DNA from: Frankiaceae bacterium
Lineage (GTDB): Bacteria > Actinomycetota > Actinomycetes > Frankiales > Frankiaceae
Direction of reading: 5' to 3'
Assembly: GCA_036267695.1 (NCBI GenBank)
Contig: DATAVO010000047.1
Coordinates: forward strand, 4,364-68,363
DNA length: 64,000 bases
Shown here: in pieces, positions 12,858 through 23,320 of the stretch
How the letters are laid out: each line of letters opens with the position of its first letter
How positions within the stretch are numbered: position 1 is the first letter of the stretch
The notes under the pieces: generated by a model
The model's input: only the letters and a program-made list of their open reading frames with translations
Database searches by the model: none
Told to the model about the DNA's origin: nothing
Made by a program: the position numbers and the translations under genes

Positions 12858-13742
12858 TCAGCCCCCGTCATGGTGCCCCTCAGAGCCCGTGTCAAACGGC
12901 GAACCCCCACCGGGCGCCTCCTGATCGGCTGGAGCCGCGACGAGCGGGTCTCCCTCATGGCTTCCCGAGTTATCAGGAGACCAAACAGTGCCAAAGCCGG
13001 GCGGATCGGCCAATCCCGTGCCGGAAACGGCGCTCTCGCCGCCGTTCTGGCTGCCCTCGCCGGAGCTTGCTCCCCCCAGCTCGCCGGGATGCCGGCCCTC
13101 GACTGCCGGCGGACCGGACTTCCCGGTCTCCAAGTCGTGCAGCTGCATCTCGAGGTAGGCGCGCAGCCGCTGGCGGTACTCGCGCTCGAACGTCTCGAGC
13201 CCCTCGATTTCGGTCTCCAGACCGGCCTTGTTCCGCTCGAGCGAGCCGATCTCCTCGGCTGCCCGCGAGCGGGCCTCCGACAGCACCCGCTCGGCTTCAA
13301 CCCGGGCGGCGCCCCTGGTCCGGTCGGCGTCGGTCTGCGCTTCGAGGACGGCGGCATCGGCGGTCTGCTGCGCGAGCACCAGCATCCGGGTGACGCGCTG
13401 CTCCATGGCGGTGTCATCGGGCGGGGTCACCGCCGTCGCAGGCTCCACCGCCGCGGCCACCGTGGCCGGCTCCGGCTCGGCGACGGGAGCGGCGGGGGCC
13501 GCTTCCGGCACCTTGACGAGGTCGGGGGCCACGACCGGGGCTGCTTCAGCTGCCGGACTCGGGGCGATGCCCTTGCGTGCCTGCTCGAGCTCTTGACGGA
13601 GGCGTTCGTTGTCCGTAGTCAGCCTCGTGAGCTCCGCCTCCACCTGGTCCAGGAAAGCGTCGACCTCGTTCTCGTCGTACCCACGACGCATCCGGGTCGG
13701 ACCGAAAACTTTGCTGGCCACCTCTTGAGGTGTCAGCGGCAT
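12858..13742 (-). CDS. divIVA: DivIVA/Wag31 polar growth and division protein
   Basis: N-terminus MPLTPQEVASKVFGPTRMRRGYDENEVDAFLDQVEAEL is the conserved DivIVA lipid-binding domain. Coiled-coil-like segments follow. Confidence 0.92.
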   Translation of the reverse strand: MPLTPQEVASKVFGPTRMRRGYDENEVDAFLDQVEAELTRLTTDNERLRQELEQARKGIAPSPAAEAAPVVAPDLVKVPEAAPAAPVAEPEPATVAAAVEPATAVTPPDDTAMEQRVTRMLVLAQQTADAAVLEAQTDADRTRGAARVEAERVLSEARSRAAEEIGSLERNKAGLETEIEGLETFEREYRQRLRAYLEMQLHDLETGKSGPPAVEGRHPGELGGASSGEGSQNGGESAVSGTGLADPPGFGTVWSPDNSGSHEGDPLVAAPADQEAPGGGSPFDTGSEGHHDGG

Positions 13743-13817
13743 GGCAGCTCCCCCATCACACGCGTCACAAAGATGTCAAAAACTACCCCTGCCTTGGCGG
13801 GGCCACGAACGCAGGGG

Positions 13818-14051
13818 TTACAGCTGCCCTGCGTATTGAATCGCGACCTGGACGAGGATGAACAGCAGGATAAAGCCCAGGTCAAGTGCGAAGCCACCGA
13901 TTCGCAAAGGCGGGATGATCCGGCCGAGCAAACGCAGGGGCGGATCCGTGACGGTGTAGATGATTTCGAACAGGACGATCAGCGGACCGGTCGGCCGGAA
14001 ATTGCGGGCCAGCAACATGACCCAGCTGATGATGGCCCGGCCGATAAGCAT
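13818..14051 (-). CDS. yggT: YggT-family membrane protein (YlmG)
   Basis: 77 aa with two TM segments. It sits between sepF and divIVA as in other actinobacterial dcw clusters. The true start could lie upstream at a non-canonical codon; no in-frame ATG, GTG or TTG is visible in the ~70 nt I translated upstream. Confidence 0.7.
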   Translation of the reverse strand: MLIGRAIISWVMLLARNFRPTGPLIVLFEIIYTVTDPPLRLLGRIIPPLRIGGFALDLGFILLFILVQVAIQYAGQL

Positions 14052-14132
14052 GGCGGCAAAGATCCACAGCAGGGTGACGAGAACAACCCCAACCGCGTGA
14101 ATAACGCCTCCTGCAGCCTCGCTCCGAGACCG

Positions 14133-14723
14133 TCAGGACTGGTTGTAGAAACCGCCCGCAACGATCCGACGCTTGTCCTCCGCGCTCACCGCAACACTAC
14201 TTGGGGACAGCAGGAAGACCTTGTTCGTGACCTTTTCGATACTCCCGCGAAGACCGAAGATCAGGCCGGCCGCGAAATCGACGAGACGCTTGGCATCCTC
14301 GTCGGACATGTCGGTGAGATTCATGATCACCGGGATGTGCTCGCGGAACGCCTCGCCGATCTGGCGCGCTTCGTTGTAGCTACGCGGCTGCAGCGTGGTG
14401 ATCTGGTAGGAGGGAGTCGAGTCGGCCGACTCGTGCGCGACGGGTTCGGCGAGCCGCGGTGCGACGCTTCCCCGGATCGGCTCGACAGCCAGATCCCCGC
14501 GGGCCTCGTGCCGGGCCCGACGCCCGGTGCTCACCTCGGGAACGCGGACCTCGCGCTCACGGGTCTCGCGCACCTCACGAATCTCCCGCTGCTCTGCCCG
14601 GCGGGCCGGTCGCGCGGCCACCGGCTCGCGAACGGGCTCCTCGGCCTCGTACTCGTCGTCGACGTAGCCCTCGTCTTCCTCAGCAAGCCCGAGGTAGACC
14701 ATCGCCCTGCGGCCCATTCCCAT
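14133..14723 (-). CDS. sepF: cell division protein SepF
   Basis: N-terminal RRAMVYLGL membrane-targeting helix. The C-terminal domain reads ITTLQPRSYNEARQIGEAFREHIPVIMNLTDMSDEDAKRLVDFAAGL. Confidence 0.9.
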   Translation of the reverse strand: MGMGRRAMVYLGLAEEDEGYVDDEYEAEEPVREPVAARPARRAEQREIREVRETREREVRVPEVSTGRRARHEARGDLAVEPIRGSVAPRLAEPVAHESADSTPSYQITTLQPRSYNEARQIGEAFREHIPVIMNLTDMSDEDAKRLVDFAAGLIFGLRGSIEKVTNKVFLLSPSSVAVSAEDKRRIVAGGFYNQS

Positions 14724-14733
14724 GGGCAGAACT

Positions 14734-15429
14734 TTAAGCCCGGGACCCCATCAAATCGGTACCGACACGTAGGTGTGTCGCCCCTTCGATCACTGCAGCT
14801 TCAAGATCAGCCGACATCCCCGCCGACAACGCGGTCGCACCGGGATGGGTGATCCGCAAGCGCTCGCTGGCGGCGCGCACCCGCGCGAACGCCGGTCGAG
14901 GCTCGGCGCCGAGCGGCGGCACCGCCATCAACCCGGCCAGCCGCAGCCCGCCACACCCGGCGACGGCATCGGCAAGCGGGCCGATCTGCGCCTCGGCGAT
15001 GCCGCCGCGGTGAGGGTCGCCGTCGAGGCTGAGTTGCACGAAGACCTCTAGCCGGCGGCCGGCGCGAACGGCCGCGCGATCGAGCGGGGCCAAGAGCGCC
15101 TGTCGATCAAGCGTGTGCAGGGCGAAGCACTCCCGGCCGACCAGCGAGGCCTTATTGCCCTGCAACTGGCCGATGAAGTGCCAGCGAAGCGGCGGCTGGA
15201 TCCCTTGCAGCTGCGCGATTTTTGACGCGAGCTCCTGCGCCCGGTTCTCGCCGATGTCCAGCACCTGCATTTCTTGCAGGAGCGCGACGTCACTGGCGGG
15301 GAAGGACTTCGTGACGGTGATGACCGTCAGCTCCTCGGGCCGGCGGCCGGCAGCGGCTGCCGCATCAGCGACCCGTTGCAGAAGTGCGGTGCGCCGGCGG
15401 ATGAGCTCGCCGCGACGGGAATCGGACAA
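14734..15429 (-). CDS. yggS: YggS/YlmE-family pyridoxal-phosphate homeostasis protein
   Basis: 231 aa. Contains VTKSFP (PLP lysine context), HFIGQLQGNK and LSAGMSADLEAAV. Confidence 0.88.
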   Translation of the reverse strand: MSDSRRGELIRRRTALLQRVADAAAAAGRRPEELTVITVTKSFPASDVALLQEMQVLDIGENRAQELASKIAQLQGIQPPLRWHFIGQLQGNKASLVGRECFALHTLDRQALLAPLDRAAVRAGRRLEVFVQLSLDGDPHRGGIAEAQIGPLADAVAGCGGLRLAGLMAVPPLGAEPRPAFARVRAASERLRITHPGATALSAGMSADLEAAVIEGATHLRVGTDLMGSRA

Positions 15430-15445
15430 TATTTCAGCCGCCGGC

Positions 15446-16159
15446 TCAGCTGTCGATCACGATGAGGCCGGCGGTTCGCCCGGTGCGCTGATCTCGCCGG
15501 TGACTGAAATGCTGGGGCGATTCGAAGGTGCACGTCGAATCGACCGTCACCCTGCTGACCCCGAGGGCGTGCAACTGCTGGACGAGTCCGGCACGCAGAT
15601 CGAGGGCCGGCCGCCCGGAGCGCGCGGTCGTACGGGCGGCCGGGGCCACCGCCGCCACCTCGTCACGCATCGAAGCCGGGACCTCGTAGCACTTGCCGCA
15701 CACCGCGGGGCCGAGTTCGGCGACGATGGCCTTCGGCTGCACACCCATCGAACTCATCCGGCTCACCACTGCCTCGACTACACCGAGTTGCAGACCACGC
15801 CGTCCCGCGTGTGCGGCCGCCACGACAGTCGTGCCTGACGTGGGGCCTTCACTCACCGGGCCGCGCAGCATCACGGGAACGCAATCGGCGACGAGCACCG
15901 CCAGCACGAGATCCGGCCTGGCCGTGACGAGAGCGTCGGTTTCCGGCACGGCGCCGTCGTATGGACCGTCGACGACGGCGACCCGCCGGCCGTGCACCTG
16001 ATCCATCCAGACGACAGGACGCCCACCCGTCACCGCGTCGAGCCGGCGACGGTTCTCGGCCACTGCGTCGGGATCGTCGCCCACGTGCAGGCCGAGGTTC
16101 AGTTCGGCGTACGGCGGCTCGCTGACGCCGCCCCGGCGGTTGGTGAACCAGACCGCCAC
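15446..16159 (-). CDS. pgeF: YfiH/PgeF-family (laccase-domain) peptidoglycan editing factor
   Basis: 237 aa. Contains FTNRRGGVSEPPYAELNLGLHVGDD, MDQVHG, LVADCVPV and HAGRRG, and lies immediately downstream of ftsZ. Confidence 0.85.
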   Translation of the reverse strand: MAVWFTNRRGGVSEPPYAELNLGLHVGDDPDAVAENRRRLDAVTGGRPVVWMDQVHGRRVAVVDGPYDGAVPETDALVTARPDLVLAVLVADCVPVMLRGPVSEGPTSGTTVVAAAHAGRRGLQLGVVEAVVSRMSSMGVQPKAIVAELGPAVCGKCYEVPASMRDEVAAVAPAARTTARSGRPALDLRAGLVQQLHALGVSRVTVDSTCTFESPQHFSHRRDQRTGRTAGLIVIDS

Positions 16160-16172
16160 GAGTTCAGCCGGC

Positions 16173-17474
16173 CTACTTCAGGAAGTCGGGGACGTCGAGG
16201 TCGTCGAACACGACCGGACGCCGAGGCTCGGAGCGCGGCGACTCGGACGCCGGCCGGCTCGCCGGACGGGTCGAACCCGGCGGCGAGGTCGGCGCAGCAG
16301 TGGAGGGCGCGGGTGCGCCGCCCGAGCCAGTAGCGGCCGCCGCGGGACGAACCGGGGCCGGCTTGACGTTCGGACGCTCGGTCACCCGGGTCGCGGATTC
16401 CGCACCCGCCGGGGCCGCTACGCGCGCCGGCTCCTCGCGAAGGTCGACGATCCGCGGATCCGTCGGCGAGCCCGGCGCACCCGGAGCCCGGCGACCGACA
16501 TTGCCGTAGCCCTTCGTGCGGCGCTCTGCAGGAGCGTCGAAGCCGGCGGCGATGACGGTGACCCGGACCTCATCGCCCAGCGCGTCGTCGATGACGGCAC
16601 CGAAAATGATGTTGGCCTCGGGGTGGGCCGCCTCCGCGACGAGTTCGGCAGCCGCGTTGATCTCGAACAGGCCGAGGTCGGAACCACCCGAGATGTTCAG
16701 CAGCACGCCCTGCGCGCCGTCCATGCTCGCCTCGAGCAGCGGGCTCGAAATCGCCTGCTGCGCCGCTACTTCTGCCCGGTCTTCGCCGCGAGCGCGACCG
16801 ATACCCATGAGCGCGCTGCCCGCTTGGGTCATCACCGCTTTGACGTCAGCGAAGTCGAGGTTGATCAGACCCGGGGTGGTGATGAGATCGGTGATGCCCT
16901 GCACGCCCTGCAGCAGCACCTGGTCCGCGCTCTTGAAGGCGTCCATGACGCTGACGTGATGCTCGGCGGTCGAGAGCAGCCGGTCGTTCGGGATGACGAT
17001 CAGGGTGTCGACCTCGGCGCGCAGCGCGTCGATGCCGTCGTCGGATTGGTTGGCGCGGCGCCGTCCTTCGAAGGTGAACGGCCGGGTCACGACGCCGATG
17101 GTGAGCGCTCCGCCCGAGCGGGCGACATTGGCGACGACCGGCGCCCCGCCGGTGCCCGTGCCACCGCCTTCACCTGCGGTCACGAAGACCATGTCGGCGC
17201 CCTTCAGCACCTCTTCGATCTCCTCGCGGTGATCCTCGGCGGCCTGCCGGCCGACGTCGGGGTTCGCTCCGGCACCGAGGCCACGGGTCAGCTCGCGGCC
17301 GACGTCGAGCTTGACGTCGGCGTCGCTCATCAAAAGCGCCTGGGCGTCGGTATTGATGGCGATGAACTCGACGCCCTTGAGCCCCACGTCAATCATTCGA
17401 TTGACGGCATTGACCCCGCCCCCGCCGATACCGACGACCTTGATGACGGCGAGGTAGTTCTGAGGGGCAGGCAT
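16173..17474 (-). CDS. ftsZ: cell division GTPase FtsZ
   Basis: I set the start at ATG 17474 ([27 protein letters not shown]), preceded by GGAGGA 7 nt upstream. The tubulin signature [13 protein letters not shown] is present. The ORF-track start at 17543 adds 23 non-conserved residues. Confidence 0.93.
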   Translation of the reverse strand: MPAPQNYLAVIKVVGIGGGGVNAVNRMIDVGLKGVEFIAINTDAQALLMSDADVKLDVGRELTRGLGAGANPDVGRQAAEDHREEIEEVLKGADMVFVTAGEGGGTGTGGAPVVANVARSGGALTIGVVTRPFTFEGRRRANQSDDGIDALRAEVDTLIVIPNDRLLSTAEHHVSVMDAFKSADQVLLQGVQGITDLITTPGLINLDFADVKAVMTQAGSALMGIGRARGEDRAEVAAQQAISSPLLEASMDGAQGVLLNISGGSDLGLFEINAAAELVAEAAHPEANIIFGAVIDDALGDEVRVTVIAAGFDAPAERRTKGYGNVGRRAPGAPGSPTDPRIVDLREEPARVAAPAGAESATRVTERPNVKPAPVRPAAAATGSGGAPAPSTAAPTSPPGSTRPASRPASESPRSEPRRPVVFDDLDVPDFLK

Positions 17475-17856
17475 ACGGCGGTCCTCCATGGCGGAAACGA
17501 GCGAGTGGGCCTCGAGCGGTCGACTTGAACCCTCAACCCTCACCGTTAAGTTGACGGTTACCAGGCGGTATGGCTTCGGTCTGGGCGCAGACTAGCCCAG
17601 CCATCGACTCTGTCCGCCAGTGTTACGGCGTGTCGCAACAGAACCTGCGTGGGGTCCGCGGTAGTGCCTCCTTTTGACGCCATGCGGCCCCCAAAAATCG
17701 CCCATCGTCAGAACAATTGCGACTGTCCGTCTTGACGCGGACCGCTCCCCACGGGACGAAAAAGAGGGAAGATCAGGTTGCGCGGCCGTCTCCATAGCTG
17801 TCACTGCACCGACCCTCGATGCGGAGTTCACCCTCGACGTCTCGGTCAGGCTTCAG

Positions 17857-19302
17857 TCAGGCTTCGGTGAGTTCGCGAAGGACCTCTGGTCCGAGCAGAG
17901 TGACGTCCCCGGCGCCCATTGTCAGCAAGAGATCGCCCGGCCGGGCGAGGGCCGCCAGCAATGCCGGAACGCGGGCCCAGGTGGGTTCGTAGACCACGCG
18001 GTCCACCGGCGGCGGCACCGCGTCGACGATGGTTTGCCCGCTGATCCCGGGGATCGGGTCCTCCCCCGCGGGATAGACGTCCATCACGACGATCACGTCC
18101 GCCAGGCCGAGTGCCTCGCCGAACTCCCTGCCGAAGGCGGCCGTGCGGCTGTAGCGATGCGGCTGGAAGGCAACGAGCAGCCGGCCCGTTCCCGCCACTG
18201 GCCGGGCCGCCGACAGCGTGGCAGCGACCTCCGTCGGATGGTGGCCGTAATCGTCGATCACAGTGACGCCTTGCGCCCGGCCCTTGAGCTCGAAACGCCG
18301 GCGCACGCCCGGGTAGCCGGCAAGCCCGTGCAACAGGTTCGGCGCCGGCACACCCAGTTGCAGGCCGGCAGCGAGTACTGCTGCCGAGTTCCGCGCGTTG
18401 TGGGCGCCTGGCACCTGCAGCGTCACCTCACCCAGCCGGCGCCCCCGCGAGACCGCCTGGTAGCTGACCCCGGCGCCGCCATCGCCGGTACGCAGCTTGT
18501 CGATCCTCACGTCGGCATCGGCGGCCGTGCCGTAGGAAACCGCTCGTACCCCACGGGATCTGGCGAGCGGAAGCAGCCGCGCGGCGCCCGGATCGTCCAG
18601 GCACGCGACCAGAAATCCCGCCGGATCGATGCGTTCGAGGAATCGATCGAAGGCTCGGTCGACAGCGGCCGCATCGGCGTAATGGTCGAGATGATCAGGC
18701 TCGACGTTCGTGACGATGGCGCCGTACGGCGCGAGCAGCAGGAAGGAGCCGTCGCTCTCGTCGGCCTCGGCCACGAAGATGTCTCCGCTGCCGGCGTGCG
18801 CGTTGCTGCCCGGCTCGGAAAGATCACCGCCGATGGCGAACGAGGGGTGCAACCCGGCGTCCTGCAGCGCCACCGTGAGCATCGAGGTGGTGGTCGTCTT
18901 GCCGTGCGTTCCGGCGATCGCGACGCCCTTGCGACCCTTCATCAGCGCGGCCAGAGCCGCCGCCCTGGGAAGCACGCTCAGGCCGAGACGGTGAGCCTCG
19001 ACGAGCTCGGGATTGGTGGCCCGGATAGCGGTCGAGGTGACGACGGTGGCCGGCTCCGGACCGCCGCCTACCGCCCCGAGATGGGCCGCGTCATGGCCGA
19101 CGAAGACGGTGGCCCCGACCTGACGAAGGGCCGCGAGCACGCGGCTGTCACGGGCGTCACTGCCGCTGACGATGCCGCCGCGGGCCAGCAGCAGGCGGGC
19201 GATGCCGCTCATGCCGGCGCCGCCCATGCCGATCAGGTGGACGCGAGCAAGCTCGGGGGGCAGATCGGCGGGCACCTGTCCCATTGTCCGCGCTCCGGTC
19301 AC
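17857..19302 (-). CDS. murC: UDP-N-acetylmuramate--L-alanine ligase
   Basis: 481 aa. Contains [17 protein letters not shown] and [13 protein letters not shown]. There is a 4-nt overlap with the murG stop. Confidence 0.9.
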   Translation of the reverse strand: MTGARTMGQVPADLPPELARVHLIGMGGAGMSGIARLLLARGGIVSGSDARDSRVLAALRQVGATVFVGHDAAHLGAVGGGPEPATVVTSTAIRATNPELVEAHRLGLSVLPRAAALAALMKGRKGVAIAGTHGKTTTTSMLTVALQDAGLHPSFAIGGDLSEPGSNAHAGSGDIFVAEADESDGSFLLLAPYGAIVTNVEPDHLDHYADAAAVDRAFDRFLERIDPAGFLVACLDDPGAARLLPLARSRGVRAVSYGTAADADVRIDKLRTGDGGAGVSYQAVSRGRRLGEVTLQVPGAHNARNSAAVLAAGLQLGVPAPNLLHGLAGYPGVRRRFELKGRAQGVTVIDDYGHHPTEVAATLSAARPVAGTGRLLVAFQPHRYSRTAAFGREFGEALGLADVIVVMDVYPAGEDPIPGISGQTIVDAVPPPVDRVVYEPTWARVPALLAALARPGDLLLTMGAGDVTLLGPEVLRELTEA

Positions 19303-20474
19303 GAGTCGGGACGCTCGCGGCCACCGGCTTTCCGATGAGCGGCCTCTCGATGTGCGTCAGCAACCATCGCGACCAGCGCGGCGCCGGCATCCCGGTGGCG
19401 CGAGGTCACCGCAGCGGCACTCATCCGCTCCAACCGGCCGGGCTCGGCGAAGAGCGCAGGAACGCGGGTCTGGACCCATGCCCCGGTGAGCTCATCGTCC
19501 GCGACCATCTCGGCCAGGCCGGCCAGCACCGCGTGCTCGGCGTTGATGCGCTGCTCGCCGTTGCCGATCGGCAGCGGCACGAATATCGCGGGCAGGCCGA
19601 CGGCACTGAGTTCGGCGCACGTCATCGCGCCCGAGCGGCAGAGTGCGACGTCGGCCGCCGAGTACGCCGCCGGCATGTCGTCGATGTAGGGCAGCACCAC
19701 ATACGGCGCCTCGAGTTCGCCGGGAAGGGCGGCCCGCACATCGGCCGCGCCGGCGGCACCGGCAGCGTGCAGCACCTGGATCCCGGCGTCGGTCAGGTGG
19801 CGAGCGGCGGCGACGGCGGCTGCATTGATGCGCCGGGCGCCCTGAGATCCCCCGAACACGAGCAGCGTTGGACGTCCGGGATCCAGCCCGAACGCTTCCC
19901 GAGCGGCGAGGCGACCGCCCGCACGATCGAGCGCCAGCAACGAGGTCCGGAGCGGGGTGCCGGTGAGCACCGCGTGGGGCAGGGAGGTGCCGGGAACGCT
20001 GATGGCGACGTGACGCGTCAGCCGCGCCCCTACCCGATTGGCGATCCCGGGCAGCGGGTTCGCCTCGTGAACGACGATGCCGCAGCGGCGCCAGCGCGCC
20101 GCGAGGTACGCGGGGAAGGCGACGTATCCCCCGACCCCCACGAGCACGTCGGCGTCCACCTCATCAAGCACCCGGCGCGCCGCGCGAACGGCACCGGCCG
20201 CCCGGAAAGGGACGGTCAGCAGTGAGGGCGTCAAACGCCTCGGAAGCGGAACGCGTGGGATCACCCGCAGCGGATAGCCGCGCGCGGGAACGAGGCGGGT
20301 CTCCAGGCCTTCCTCGGTGCCGAGCAGCGTGATCACCATCGCGGGCTTGGCCGCGCGAAGCGCGTCAGCAACGGCGAGCGCGGGCTCGACGTGCCCGGCC
20401 GAACCGCCGCCGGCGATCACGACGCTGCGCGGCAAATCGGCATCGGCTACCGGATCGCGGGCGCCACCGGTCAC
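19299..20474 (-). CDS. murG: undecaprenyldiphospho-muramoylpentapeptide beta-N-acetylglucosaminyltransferase
   Basis: I set the start at GTG 20474, one nt after the ftsW stop (TGAcGTG). [22 protein letters not shown] follows shortly after. The ORF-track 5' extension to 20837 overlaps the ftsW tail in another frame. Confidence 0.88.
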   Translation of the reverse strand: MTGGARDPVADADLPRSVVIAGGGSAGHVEPALAVADALRAAKPAMVITLLGTEEGLETRLVPARGYPLRVIPRVPLPRRLTPSLLTVPFRAAGAVRAARRVLDEVDADVLVGVGGYVAFPAYLAARWRRCGIVVHEANPLPGIANRVGARLTRHVAISVPGTSLPHAVLTGTPLRTSLLALDRAGGRLAAREAFGLDPGRPTLLVFGGSQGARRINAAAVAAARHLTDAGIQVLHAAGAAGAADVRAALPGELEAPYVVLPYIDDMPAAYSAADVALCRSGAMTCAELSAVGLPAIFVPLPIGNGEQRINAEHAVLAGLAEMVADDELTGAWVQTRVPALFAEPGRLERMSAAAVTSRHRDAGAALVAMVADAHREAAHRKAGGRERPDS

Positions 20475-20475
20475 G

Positions 20476-22050
20476 TCAGCGGTTGGGTATCCGGCGACGC
20501 GAACGCGTGGATCCGGCGCCCCGCGGGAGGCCACCCAAGCGCGTGCCGCGAGTGCGGGCGGAGCGTGCTGCGCCGCCGCGGGCCTGCCGGACGGAGGCGC
20601 GACTGCTGCTCCCGCCGCTGCGAGCACCGGCGCCGGCGCGGGCCCTCGTCGTGCGGGTCGGCTTCGCCGCTGCGCCCCTCTGACCCTTGCTCTTGCGCGT
20701 GTTCGTGGTCTTTCGGCCGCGCCCTCGCCCGATGCTGAGGAAGGCGAAACGCGGTGTGCGTCCGACCGAGCGGAGCGCCGAGCGACTGGCCGCGCGGGCG
20801 GCGATGACCTGTGCCGCGGCCGGCTCGGTCTTGGCAAGGGCCAGCAAAATCCCGATGGCGAACATGGTCAGCAGCAGCGATGAGCCGCCGAACGAGATCA
20901 GCGGCAGCGGGATGCCGGTGATCGGCAGCAGACCGACCACCGCGCCCATGTTGATCAGCGCCTGACCGACGAGCCACGCGGTAATCGCTGCGGCGGCGAG
21001 GCGTCCGAACTGATCCGACGAACGCTGGGCGACCCGGATTCCTCCGTACGCCAGGACGCAGAAGAGCACGACGACGAGCAGGGTGCCGACGAGGCCGAGC
21101 TCCTCGCCGATGACCGCGAGGATGAAGTCGGTGTGGGCGTTGGGGAGGTAGGACCACTTCTCCCGGCTGGCGCCGAGGCCGACGCCCCACCACCCGCCGG
21201 AGGCCAGCGCGTACAAACCCTGCACGGCCTGCCATCCGGTGTCCTGGGAGTCCTTGAACGGGTCGGCGAACGACGCCAGCCGGGCCAGCCGGTAAGGCTC
21301 GGCCACCGCGAGATAGGTGACGAGCATGCCGATCACCGAGAGCAGGCCGGCGAACAGCCGTGCCGGGGAGCCGACCACCCACAGCAGGGTCATCAGGATC
21401 GTGACGATGACCAGGGTGGTGCCGAGGTCGGGCTCGAGCATGACGAGCATGGCGAGCAGGGTCGCGACCGGCAGCAGCGGGATGAGCAGGTGGCGCCACT
21501 CGCGTAGCCGCCGCTTCTTGCGCACCAGCAGATCCGCGCCCCACAGCGCGAGCCCCAGCTTGGCGAGCTCGCTCGGCTGCAGCGTGAACGAGCCCACACC
21601 GATCCAGCGGGTCGCCCCGTAAGCCGACACCCCGATGCCCGGCACCAGCACGAGAAACAACCCGCCGATGCCCGTGAGCAGAAGCGGATACGCGAGCATC
21701 CGCAGCACTCGGATCGACATCCGGTTGGCGAGCAGCAGCGCGGGGACTCCGATCGCCACCCACATCAGCTGCTTGATGAAGACCGAGAACGAGGAACCGG
21801 ACGTCGCGTATGAGGTGACGCTCGAGGCCGACAGCACCATGACCAGGCCGAGACCCAGCAGCAAGGCGCTCGCCGAAGCGATCAGGTAGTACGACGCCAT
21901 CGGCCGGGCCAGCAGCGGTACCCGCTGGCTGTCGGTGGAGGCCTGCGGCTCGGGCGCACTTCGGGCCGGCCGCTGGGGCCGCGCGCCTGGCGGCCGGGGC
22001 GTGCGGGTGCGCCGGACGCCAGGGGTCCCTGGAGTGTCCAGTGCCGCCAC
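20476..22050 (-). CDS. ftsW: SEDS-family peptidoglycan glycosyltransferase FtsW with an Arg-rich C-terminal tail
   Basis: 524 aa and polytopic. Contains LQPSELAKL and [26 protein letters not shown] lies 4 nt before the GTG start. Confidence 0.88.
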   Translation of the reverse strand: MAALDTPGTPGVRRTRTPRPPGARPQRPARSAPEPQASTDSQRVPLLARPMASYYLIASASALLLGLGLVMVLSASSVTSYATSGSSFSVFIKQLMWVAIGVPALLLANRMSIRVLRMLAYPLLLTGIGGLFLVLVPGIGVSAYGATRWIGVGSFTLQPSELAKLGLALWGADLLVRKKRRLREWRHLLIPLLPVATLLAMLVMLEPDLGTTLVIVTILMTLLWVVGSPARLFAGLLSVIGMLVTYLAVAEPYRLARLASFADPFKDSQDTGWQAVQGLYALASGGWWGVGLGASREKWSYLPNAHTDFILAVIGEELGLVGTLLVVVLFCVLAYGGIRVAQRSSDQFGRLAAAAITAWLVGQALINMGAVVGLLPITGIPLPLISFGGSSLLLTMFAIGILLALAKTEPAAAQVIAARAASRSALRSVGRTPRFAFLSIGRGRGRKTTNTRKSKGQRGAAAKPTRTTRARAGAGARSGGSSSRASVRQARGGAARSARTRGTRLGGLPRGAGSTRSRRRIPNR

Positions 22051-22183
22051 AAAGCCTCCCGTGCACGCTCAGGGCAGAACGGTGCGCCTGCCGCCCGGGC
22101 ATCGTCCCCGGTCAGAGCCCGTGAAGTGGGGATCTTTGCCGCGTGTCGGACAGCGTGTCCCGGATCTCGCCTCCCCCGTGGTC

Positions 22184-22239
22184 GGCGCCGATTAATCCCC
22201 TTCGCACGCCCCCACGTGCAGAGGGGATTAATCGGCGCC
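22184..22239. repeat. 18-bp perfect inverted repeat (plus an inner 5-bp stem) immediately after the mraY stop
   Basis: ggcgccgattaatcccct (22184..22201) and aggggattaatcggcgcc (22222..22239) are exact reverse complements. An inner gcacg/cgtgc stem lies at 22204..22208 and 22215..22219. Each arm contains the palindromes GGCGCC and GATTAATC. No U-tract is present. Confidence 0.8.
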
Positions 22240-22249
22240 AAACCCGGGG

Positions 22250-23320
22250 TCAGTGCAGCGAGCCGTGGGAGAGGAACTCGGCGTAGAACAACCCGAGGCC
22301 AAGGGCGACGGTCAGGCCGCCGATGATCCAGAACCTGATGATGACGGTCGTCTCCGGCCAGCCGGCGAGTTCGAAATGGTGATGGATCGGCGCCATGTTG
22401 AACACGCGTCTGCCGGTCAGCTTGAACGACGCGACCTGCAGGATGACCGAGACGGTCTCCAGTACGAACAGGCCGCCGAGGATGACCAGGAGCAGTTCGG
22501 TACGCGTCACGATGGCCATGGCGGCGAAGGCGCCGCCGAGCGCGAGCGACCCGGTGTCGCCCATGAAGATCCGGGCGGGGCTCGCGTTCCACCACAGGAA
22601 ACCGAAACAGGCGCCCATCGCCGCGGCGGCGACTATCGCCACGTCGAGCGGATCTCGGGCGACATAGCAGGATGCGGCGTTTCCGCCGTCACCGCACTCG
22701 TTGCCGAACTGCCAGAACGAGATGATGACGTACGCGCCGAAGACCATCGCGCTGGTGCCGGCGGCGAGCCCGTCGAGGCCGTCGGTCAGGTTCACCGCGT
22801 TGGACGTCGCGGAGATCATGAGCCAGGCCAGGATCGGGAAGCCGATCGTGCCCACCGAGAAGTCGATGTCGCGTACCCAAGAGAGCTCGGTAGAGCCGGG
22901 CAGGTAACCCTGAGGGTTGCGGAAACGCACGGCCAGGAGTCCGAACGCGAGCGCGACGGCGAGCTGTCCGATGAACTTGGTACGGGCCGAGAGCCCGAGG
23001 TTTCGCTGCCGCCGGATCTTGATGTAGTCATCGGCGAGACCGACGATTCCGAGGCCCGCCATGACCATCAGGATCAGCAGTCCGCTGGCGGTGAAGCCGC
23101 GCATGGTCGAGAGGTGGGCGACGCCGTACCCGGCCAGGGTGGCGATGATGATCACCGCCCCGCCCATGGTCGGCGTGCCGCGCTTGGTCAGGTGGCTCTG
23201 CGGTCCGTCCTCGCGGATCTCCTGGCCATAGCCCCGGCGGGTGAACAGCCGGATCGCCTGAGGGGTGCCGACCAGCGAGATGAAAAGGGCGACCGAGGCC
23301 GCGATGAGGACGCTCTTCAC
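22250..23320 (-). CDS. mraY: phospho-N-acetylmuramoyl-pentapeptide transferase
   Basis: I set the start at GTG 23320, which overlaps the murF stop (GTGA) and gives [18 protein letters not shown].... Contains KRGTPTMGG and [13 protein letters not shown]. The ORF-track extension to 23851 lies inside murF. Confidence 0.9.
   Translation of the reverse strand: MKSVLIAASVALFISLVGTPQAIRLFTRRGYGQEIREDGPQSHLTKRGTPTMGGAVIIIATLAGYGVAHLSTMRGFTASGLLILMVMAGLGIVGLADDYIKIRRQRNLGLSARTKFIGQLAVALAFGLLAVRFRNPQGYLPGSTELSWVRDIDFSVGTIGFPILAWLMISATSNAVNLTDGLDGLAAGTSAMVFGAYVIISFWQFGNECGDGGNAASCYVARDPLDVAIVAAAAMGACFGFLWWNASPARIFMGDTGSLALGGAFAAMAIVTRTELLLVILGGLFVLETVSVILQVASFKLTGRRVFNMAPIHHHFELAGWPETTVIIRFWIIGGLTVALGLGLFYAEFLSHGSLH

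Noticed and set aside
12870-14852. 660-aa plus-strand ORF spanning divIVA, yggT and sepF
   Set aside because: It runs antisense across three well-supported genes and their intergenic spacers, and it is Arg/Gly-rich and motif-free. The same reasoning applies to other long antisense ORFs: 8530..9903, 9940..11547, 16140..17528, 17674..19338, 24468..26177, 26185..28557, 46459..48246, 51689..53314, 54547..55989 and 61695..63365.
17592-17831. 79-aa minus-strand ORF in the murC-ftsZ spacer, considered as a possible ftsQ remnant
   Set aside because: It has no TM segment or POTRA-like sequence. Its composition is Arg/Ser/Gly-rich, and it lies in a lower-GC, promoter-like region. I could not see any similarity to FtsQ by eye.
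20475-20837. 5' extensions of ORF-track entries for murG (to 20837), mraY (to 23851), metF (to 59563), sirA (to 48264), the TgpA-like gene (from 35056), the GT2 gene (from 53100) and the CruF-like gene (from 52789)
   Set aside because: Each extension overlaps the preceding well-supported gene in another frame and encodes Arg/Pro-rich sequence. In each case an internal ATG or GTG forms an ATGA, GTGA or near-abutting junction with the upstream stop, or has a good ribosome-binding site, and begins at the conserved N-terminus.
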